From assembly GCF_006345805.1 (NCBI RefSeq), contig NC_043004.1:99758001-99822000 (forward strand): 64,000 nt of DNA, written 5' to 3'. The notes below the pieces were generated by a model. That model had not been told where the DNA came from. It was given only the letters and a program-made list of their open reading frames with translations, and searched no databases. This stretch comes from Octopus sinensis. Taxonomy: Eukaryota. Both the position numbers and the translations under genes were made by a program. Of this stretch, positions 54,971-64,000 are shown in pieces (the stretch's first letter is position 1; each line of letters starts with the position of its first letter).

Positions 54971-55570
54971 AACACAACAGAACATGGAACTTGGTCAGTT
55001 ATTTTTTTTTTATTATTTAAGGCGGGTGGATTCTGTTATTGTATTTTTTAAGTAGCTATTAACGTATGTCTGGCGGTATTTTTTCGGCTCTGTTGCTCCA
55101 GCAGTGAAGACTGCTAACGTGTTTACTAAATGCTATAGGTATTGCATTGTTAATCCTCGATGAAAGGTCAGAGCCCTATTGTTTCCACGGTTTTGATTTT
55201 AGGTTTCATATAATATTCATATCAAATTTTGGCTAGTTTCAGTGTTGTATTATGTTGGTAGACACAGCTTGGTTTTTATCGTTATATTCATGAGGATGTA
55301 TTGTGTAGCTATAATTATATTGAGGCGTCAAAAGAAAAAAAATAATGAAGGACACCTTAATTCAGTTATCTGTAACCTTCCCTTTTTTGTTCTCCATTAA
55401 CTTCATATAGAAAGGAATAGATGAATCACAAAATAAACTCAAGCACAGACATACGTGTACATATTTATTAATAAACAAGCCTGCATATACACGCAATTAT
55501 TCATATAAATATGTGTGTATGTGTATGTGTTCGTCTTTGAGTGTGCAAGACTCTTTCTATCCTGCCTCTC

Positions 55571-55602
<32 letters not shown>

Positions 55603-57108
55603 GAGTGTGCGTAGTTTCAACAAATCTATTTATTTTATTCACCTGTTTGTGTGTATCTATGTAAACACATATAGAGGTAAACACATTCGCACGTATTTTT
55701 ATATTTATGTGTTCATAAAAGCCGTAAAAAACCTCCTATGCACACATACACACACATCTACTTGCGTAACCTCACGTACTGATAAAATGATACTTTCTTA
55801 TATGCCTCCATATTCTAATATATGTACATACACATAAACATTCAAAATTTATAGACGTATATACGCTAGAATTCTTTTTGTTGTATTAATCTATTTATAT
55901 GAATATAAACCATACACATTCACATACGCTCATATATGTGCATAACACATACATAGATAAAGGAATGCATATACTTGTTATATTTAAATATTTAAAAAGC
56001 GTAAAAACAAATCCTCAAACACAGATACACAGCTAACTACATAAACAGAGGCATTTTTCAAATTATATATTCGTTTGAATATACACGCATTGCACACACA
56101 TACACAAAATTTATACACAATTGTACACATATACACGCTCCAATTCAAGATACAAGCATGCATCTAAATGAACTTTATTGTAATTGATACAAAAGAAAAA
56201 ATAGAAGAACGTTGGTGAATAAAATTCAAATTTATTACATGCTATGCAAAGAGATTCTCCTTCAGTCAGTTTACTATTCAAAAGAATGACAAATGAATGA
56301 AGCCTCATTCATTGTATGCTGAAAATAAGATCATTTGATAAAACCTGAACTCATTTAGTTGATGAAATAAATAAACATAAGCTAGAAATTAAAAATAGCA
56401 AAGGATTGTTTTTAAAATTTCCGAATCTGTCTTACGGATGGCTAAAACTAACAATTCGAAATAATTCTATTTGAAGTATTTGAATAACATGTCATATATT
56501 TTGGCTAATCCATCTTTTTAATCTTTTTTGTTTCAATTTTATGGCTATTTTCTAAAGATATTTGCTGTAGTTTAATATTCTTCCAAAGTATTTCATTATC
56601 TGGCAATGGCCATTTTTCTATTTTTCTGTTTTATTGATGCAAATAGAACGTAAGCTTAATGCCAAAGACTTCCACAATTGATTTACTTGAATTTCGGTAA
56701 ATTTTAAAAATAAACTGTAGTTTTATTACTCTCTATGAGAAAGAATGGTATTGCCCATATACTGTGAAGCAGGCAAACAGTTTATCACCAAAATATTATT
56801 GAAAATCAGTACTTAGTTCCAGATTTATTGTATTAAGTAGATGTGAAATAAATCACATACTAAATAGAATTCTAGGTTATTACAGGTTTTATTCCAAAAG
56901 CTTTAGATTTTATTTAACATCAAGGTGAACTGACACATATAGACTACTTTCTGCTTCAACAAAGGTTACACTCTACAAAGCACAAGAGTAACATAAGTGC
57001 AGCTCACCTTTCTCTAAAGGAGCAATAGTGATCAACGCAAATGTTCTTCAAAACATACAGCTCCAGAATGGGGTCTTCGTAACAGAATTCATTACTTGTA
57101 TACCTTCT

Positions 57109-57338
57109 TTTTACTCTTTTACTGGTTTCAGTCATCAGACTGCGGCCATGCTGGAGCACCACCTTCCGTCGAGCAGATAGACCCCAAGACTTATTCTTTG
57201 TAAGCCTAGTACTTATTCTATCGTTCCCTTTTGCCGAACCGCTACGTCACGGGGACGTAAACACACTAGCATCGGTTGTCAAGCGATCTTAGGGGACAAA
57301 CACAGACGCACAAACATATACACACACATACATACATA
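57109..57338 (-). mobile_element. SINE family A 3' half
   Basis: ttttactcttttactggtttcagtcatcagactgcggccatgctggagcacc...ttgtcaagcgat...gggacaaacacagac. Confidence 0.9.
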
Positions 57339-57339
57339 T

Positions 57340-58410
57340 TGATTGATTGATTCATTGATTCATTGATTCTAGTTTCAGCTCACGAGATGTGGCCATGCTG
57401 GGACACCGCCATTTTGTGTTGCTACATGGTTTTACTTCACGAATGCTTTTTAGCAACTGCCATTTGGTGCATGAGAGAGTTCGATGCAGCTGCCCTCATC
57501 TGCACCTCCTGCCGTGAAGTTGGTTCATCTGGGATACCTGACAAGAAGAGATCCAGTTTCATTTTAAAGACATCTGCATCCACCCCATGCAGGTCTCTTA
57601 GGTTCTTCGGGAGGATATTGTCCTACATCTTGATGGCAAATTTGGAGTCCTTGGCACCACGCAGTGGCGCCCAGTTCTGGCATTTGTATAACTTTCGATG
57701 CCAAAGTTTGGGACAAGTCCTTCCAGGATCTTCCAGATGTATATTATGGCATATCTTTCTCGCCTACGCTCCAAGGAATAGAGTTTTAATCTCTTGGGTC
57801 TTTCCCAGTAGCTTATATGCTGCACAGAGGCTATCTTCTTCGTGTAGCTACGTTGGATCGCCTCAAGTTCTGTGATCAGCTTGACACTGGATGGTGACTA
57901 TAGCTGAGAGCAATAGTTAAAGTGGCTTAGGACGAGTGTCCTCCAAAGGACCATCATGGTTTCTTGTTCTCTTGTTCTAAAGGTTCTAAGAATCCATCCG
58001 GCCAGTCGTCTACATTTCATTGCCAATTTAGCAACATGTACACGAAAGGTTGCGTCATCACTCATGTAAATACCTAGGTCACGCACTGATTGTGCCTCTG
58101 GGATTGCAATCCTCCGGGTCCAGTGTATTCATTGGGTATTGCATTTAGTTTTGCATGCTGATAGCATAAAGCTTGAAACTTTTCAGCATTGAACTGCATG
58201 CTATTCTTTTCAGCCCACTTGTATATTTTGTCCAGCTCACATTGCAGGCGTTTAGTGTCCTCAGGGTTCTGTATTGCCTGTGAAACTTTTGTATCATCTG
58301 CATAACTTGTGATCGTGGCTCTCTGCGTGGCTGAGGGCATGTCTGAGAGGGCCATTATGAACAGTAGTGGTCCCAAAACAGTGCCCTGCGGAACACCGCT
58401 CACTATTTGC
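57340..58410 (-). mobile_element. CR1/L2-like LINE, 5'-truncated RT with intact 3' end
   Basis: SGVPQGTVLGPLLFIMALSDMP...SYADDTKV (RT motifs), RDLGIYMSDD, LVLSHFNYCSQL, LKLYSLERRRERYAIIYIWKILEGLVPN; a few frameshifts, stops and an internal deletion; tail (ATCA/ATGAATCA)n. Confidence 0.95.
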
Positions 58411-58411
58411 G

Positions 58412-58470
<59 letters not shown>

Positions 58471-58474
<4 letters not shown>

Positions 58475-58604
58475 GGAGTAAACACATAAATGTGAAACAG
58501 GTGGAAAAAAGAGTACTCAAATACCAGTGATAGAGTAATATGTTTTATTTAAAGCAGCAGAAAATTCAACAAAACCTGTTACTCTGAGTAACAGGTTTTG
58601 TTGA

Positions 58605-58608
<4 letters not shown>
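58471..58608. mobile_element. Second copy of the 31171-31405 fold-back element, hairpin tip deleted
   Basis: Same left flank (tacc/tggagtaaaca.ataaatgtgaaaca..gtggaaaaaag.gtactcaaatacca); residual hairpin has 20-bp arms at 58565-58584 and 58586-58605. Confidence 0.85.
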
Positions 58609-58643
<35 letters not shown>

Positions 58644-61600
58644 GTATATATATATATACATATACATATATACGACGAGCTTCTTTTCAGTTTCCGTCTA
58701 CCAAATCCACACACAAGGCTTTGGTTGGCCCGAGGTTATAGTAGAAAACATTAGCCCAAGGTGCCACGCAGTGGGACTGAACCCGGAACTATGTGGTTCG
58801 TAAGGAAGCTACTTACCACACAGTGTGTAAAAATATTTTTTTTTATTTTTCTTGCATTCATAAGCATTAATGTGATCTTCTTCATCAATCTTAACTGATT
58901 AACTCAAGCTGATACAAAATAACAGTCAAAGACATGCTGTTATCTATTTCTATACCGTCTACTATATCAGAAACATATTTTTTTTATCGATTGTGTATAC
59001 AATCAAATATACATACACATCTCCCTCACAGTCTTCTTAACTAGCAAACCTATTAATTCTCGCCATCTGCCTTCGAAACGCTTGTCATTTCTTGCTCCTT
59101 AGAAATACATTCTTCTAACATCACTTATTAAGGGTATTTCTACAGATATTTTATAAACATTATAGCTGGCAGCGAATTTTGTTACGACGTTTCGTATCTG
59201 AGATATTAGATTTAAACAAACAATCCGATCGAAGACGAAAAAATGGCTAATGGGTGTGTATGCCATATTTCGGAATATTTTGCCCCTTCATCAGTGGTAT
59301 TTAGTAAATTTGCAAAATTAATATGTGTAAGAATGTTTTCCATTAATATTCTAACAGGGAGTCTTAGCCCATGACTTCATAACCATTTATACTCTAACGA
59401 AGTATTTATGCGGTTTCGATAAAGCTGGGGATACTGTAAAATGTCGAACATTATACTTTAACCTGTAATAAGTAAACAGACTCTGCTTTGGAAGTTTCTT
59501 AATTTTCATGTGGTGTATTTCAAATAGTTGTAATCTTTATTTTTAATATGGATTAATAAAGTTTGAATATTCTCAGCTTTAGAAGAGTATTAATGTGTAC
59601 CCGTGTCTATTAAATAAAGTCATATCCTTTACTTTTCTTCGTTCAATTTTCATTTTATAAACATACTCTGTACCTGGTATTGAATAATGAATTTCAAGAA
59701 TTTAAGTGCATTAATATATATCAAACAGCCCCTGTTTTAGAAATGTAATAATTTAAATCTGTTAAATGCAATTTAGTCCGTTAAATTTCATAATTTATTT
59801 TACATTTAACGACTACATTTAGGCTCTCTCTAGGAAACCGGGAAATCCAGAAATCCGGTCCACTTCCGGTCCTAAGCTTGTCGGATATTTAATCCGGTAC
59901 TCTATTAAGAAGTGTAGCTGAACCTCAATCACAATAATTGTATTAATGCGGAAACTTTTTAAAATGTCATGAATGCCGCACTTGGTATTTATTTCTATTA
60001 AATTATAAACAGTTACAAATACAACAAAACTATTGCAATGTTATATGAACATGCAATTTTGGTTTCGCTTAAAGTTGGCTCATTTAATTGGAATTAGAAA
60101 ACTTCAACTATAGACATTAGCTCATGCCGATTTCTATAGGGCAAAAGGGCTTGATAGAACCAAGGGTTCGACGAGGTAATGTGAGAGTCTATACGTTGTC
60201 ATCTAACCTGCCACAAACAGAAACTGAATCACCCTCAAAATTACATTCGAAATAAGGATTATTCAAGATAATGAAATCCAAAATTGCTCTAAAACAGAAT
60301 TTGCAGGGGTGAAAATTCACACACACACACCACGCGCACACACACACACGCACACACACACACACACGCACGCACACACACACACACACGCGCGCGCGCG
60401 CACACACACACACACACACGCATGTATAGATATCAAGAAACGGGCATGCAGCTATCAGTCAGACTGAGGGACAGGTAGATATATATATATATATATTATA
60501 TATATATATCTGTATATATATATATACATATACATATATACGACGAGCTTCTTTTCAGTTTCCGTCTACCAAATCCACACACAAGGCTTTGGTTGGCCCG
60601 AGGTTATAGTAGAAAACATTAGCCCAAGGTGCCACGCAGTGGGACTGAACCCGGAACTATGTGGTTCGTAAGGAAGCTACTTACCACACAGTGTAAAAAT
60701 ATTTTTTTTTATTTTTCTTGCATTCATAAGCATTAATGTGATCTTCTTCATCAATCTTAACTGATACAAAATAACAGTCAAAGACATGCTGTTATCTATT
60801 TCTATACCGTCTACTATATCAGAAACATATTTTTTTTATCGATTGTGTATACAATCAAATATACATACACATCTCCCTCACAGTCTTCTTAACTAGCAAA
60901 CCTATTAATTCTCGCCATCTGCCTTCGAAACGCTTGTCATTTCTTGCTCCTTAGAAATACATTCTTCTAACATCACTTATTAAGGGTATTTCTACAGATA
61001 TTTTATAAACATTATAGCTGGCAGCGAATTTTGTTACGACGTTTCGTATCTGAGATATTAGATTTAAACAAACAATCCGATCGAAGACGAAAAAATGGCT
61101 AATGGGTGTGTATGCCATATTTCGGAATATTTTGCCCCTTCATCAGTGGGTATTTAGTAAATTTGCAAAATTAATATGTGTAAGAATGTTTTCCATTAAT
61201 ATTCTAACAGGGAGTCTTAGCCCATGACTTCATAACCATTTATACTCTAACGAAGTATTTATGCGGTTTCGATAAAGCTGGGGATACTGTAAAATGTCGA
61301 ACATTATACTTTAACCTGTAATAAGTAAACAGACTCTGCTTTGGAAGTTTCTTAATTTTCATGTGGTGTATTTCAAATAGTTGTAATCTTTATTTTTAAT
61401 ATGGATTAATAAAGTTTGAATATTCTCAGCTTTAGAAGAGTATTAATGTGTACCCGTGTCTATTAAATAAAGTCATATCCTTTACTTTTCTTCGTTCAAT
61501 TTTCATTTTATAAACATACTCTGTACCTGGTATTGAATAATGAATTTCAAGAATTTAAGTGCATTAATATATATCAAACAGCCCCTGTTTTAGAAATGTA

Positions 61601-62318
61601 ATAATTTAAATCTGTTAAATGCAATTTAGTCCGTTAAATTTCATAATTTATTTTACATTTAACGACTACATTTAGGCTCTCTCTAGGAAACCGGGAAATC
61701 CAGAAATCCGGTCCACTTCCGGTCCTAAGCTTGTCGGATATTTAATCCGGTACTCTATTAAGAAGTGTAGCTGAACCTCAATCACAATAATTGTATTAAT
61801 GCGGAAACTTTTTAAAATGTCATGAATGCCGCACTTGGTATTTATTTCTATTAAATTATAAACAGTTACAAATACAACAAAACTATTGCAATGTTATATG
61901 AACATGCAATTTTGGTTTCGCTTAAAGTTGGCTCATTTAATTGGAAATTAGAAAACTTCAACTATAGACATTAGCTCATGCCGATTTCTATAGGGCAAAA
62001 GGGCTTGATAGAACCAAGGGTTCGACGAGGTAATGTGAGAGTCTATACGTTGTCATCTAACCTGCCACAAACAGAAACTGAATCACCCTCAAAATTACAT
62101 TCGAAATAAAGGATTATTCAAGATAATGAAATCCAAAATTGCTCTAAAACAGAATTTGCAGGGGTGAAAATTCACACACACACACACGCGCACACACACA
62201 CACGCACACACACACACGCACGCACACACACACACGCGCGCGCGCGCGCACACACACACACGCATGTATAGATATCAAGAAACGGGCATGCAGCTATCAG
62301 TCAGACTGAGGGACAGGT

Positions 62319-62320
<2 letters not shown>
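58609..62320. repeat. Tandem duplication, ~1.85 kb unit (about 58609-60480 and 60481-62320)
   Basis: Near-identical units differing by homopolymer indels and one 14-bp deletion; junction lies in (TA)n. Confidence 0.95.
58672..58824 (-). mobile_element. SINE family A 5' half (duplicated at about 60540-60692)
   Basis: cgacgagcttcttttcagtttccgtctaccaaatcc...gtgggactgaacccggaac...acttaccacacag. Confidence 0.9.
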
Positions 62321-62369
<49 letters not shown>

Positions 62370-62631
62370 GGGATTATAACTCCAAACTTACAGGAAAAAA
62401 TTCAATTTAGTATTAAATCAAATTTCACAATATAAATATATAAAATATAAAATAGAGATAAAACCACTATTATGCAACTGAAACAGTGATAGACATAAAC
62501 CAAAACATAAATAACAAATCCTAGATGGTATTGGAATATCCTTCAAAGATGAATTCCAAACTTGACTGTAAGTTCCATAACATACGAAATTGAGATTTAA
62601 ATGCACCCAATAAACGTAAGTTATCAATATG

Positions 62632-62694
<63 letters not shown>

Positions 62695-63067
62695 TAAGCC
62701 ACGCCCACTAAAATTAAACCACAAGCGTCTACTTTCAAGACTTATGTTAATAAGTACATCACATGATTCATCGAAACTTCGGTCTGAATTCTAAACATGA
62801 AGAACGCGCGCACACGCGCACACAATCACACATATGCACAGTCATCAGGTGAAGTCTAGATGTGCTCAATAAAGAAGACACGTTGTAGTGCTCAAAAGAT
62901 TTGAATCTCCAGTCCGGAGTCTTTATCGGGGACAAAGTCCGCGGGATAATTATTTATTTTAATATGTATCAGGCCTGATTCTATTTACCAGCAAGCATTA
63001 CGTCACCGTCATTTAACTTTGTAATACTTAATATCCAACACAATGTGTTGGATAAAAATATTGCCTT

Positions 63068-63099
<32 letters not shown>

Positions 63100-63154
63100 A
63101 CACACACACATACATATATATATATATATTGATGCATGCGTGTATTTACACACA

Positions 63155-63348
63155 CACATATAAGCTGCGTGGTAAGAAGCTTGCTTCCAAACCACATGGT
63201 TCCGATTTCAGTTCCACTGCGTGGCAGCTCGGACAAGTGCCTTCTATTATAACTTCGGACTAATCAAAGGTTTGTGAGTGGATGTGGCAGGCGGAAACGG
63301 AAGGAAGACCGTCGTATATATATTTGTGTGTGTGTGTGTGTGTCTGTC

Positions 63349-63380
<32 letters not shown>

Positions 63381-63575
63381 TATTTCTCCCCTCTCCATCG
63401 TTTGACCTCCGATGTTGGTGTTTGCACCCCCGTAATTTAGTGGTTCGGCAAAAGAGACCGATAGCATAAATACTAGGCTTGCAAAGAATAAGTCCTGGGG
63501 TTGATTTATTCGACTAAAGGCGGTGCTCCAACATCGCCGCAATCAAATAACTGAATCAAGTAAAAGAAAAGAGAA
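63155..63575 (+). mobile_element. SINE family A, full length, diverged
   Basis: gctgcgtggtaagaagcttgcttccaaaccacatggttccga.ttcagttccactgcgtggca through aaggcggtgctccaacatcgccgcaatcaaataactgaatcaagtaaaag. Confidence 0.88.
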
Positions 63576-64000
63576 AAAAATAAATAAGCATATAATAAAT
63601 AACTTATATATATATAAATCCATATATGGGGATAGGACGTCACCAACACCAAACAACATGAACTACGAAACCAAATAAATTGAGTAATCAAACAGGACAG
63701 TGGAGGCATACAAGGAAACCAAACATGTTGGGTCGTTAGACCAGAACAAGGGCAAAATAGCAAACGCTGGAGGAATATTTTCTTTGAAAACAGAAAACAT
63801 AGAAGAGAGAGATAGAAGTCGTCCAGTCTTTAGGACGTCCTGTAGGAAAACAAAAATGGTCACGTGAGGAAAAGGAAGTGGGACGATGGTCACGCGTGAG
63901 CAAGGAGAGAGAGATAAGAGAAATAGGGAGAGAGAGAGAGAGAGGCAGATAGAAAACAGTGAAAGATGAACGCCAAGTATCCATTTCCAAGTTAGTTTAT

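Noticed and set aside
62355-64000. Segments starting abruptly at TA tracts (about 62355-62760 and 63610-64000) that look like further element termini
   Set aside because: Single copies in the window with no ORF or diagnostic motif, so they cannot be classified from the sequence alone.

Overview
This is AT-rich, microsatellite-saturated eukaryotic non-coding DNA. The SINE families and the (TA)n/(GATA)n load suggest a cephalopod, probably Octopus (inference). I cannot support any intact host gene, rRNA, tRNA or CRISPR array. Nearly all ORFs in the track are microsatellite translations or decayed transposon fragments. The window holds three tRNA-derived SINE families (called A, B, C here), decayed Tc1, maT/DD37D and Tigger/pogo transposases, and LINE fragments of R4/Dong-like, RTE, CR1/L2-like and CRE-like type. 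It also holds a Penelope-like element (PLE) with a GIY-YIG fragment, several fold-back elements, and three 1.1-1.9 kb tandem duplications whose junctions lie in (TA)n tracts. The most interesting signals are: (1) a 38-nt minimal hammerhead-ribozyme-like motif with a non-canonical core in two PLE termini; (2) a cluster of PLE-like fold-back elements, one with a second hammerhead-like core and a sister copy whose hairpin tip has collapsed; (3) the internal microsatellite of SINE-A acting as a landing pad for other elements; (4) a SINE-A/LINE shared 3' stem-loop; (5) SINE-B multimers and self-nesting. Boundaries are approximate unless a TSD or hairpin fixes them.
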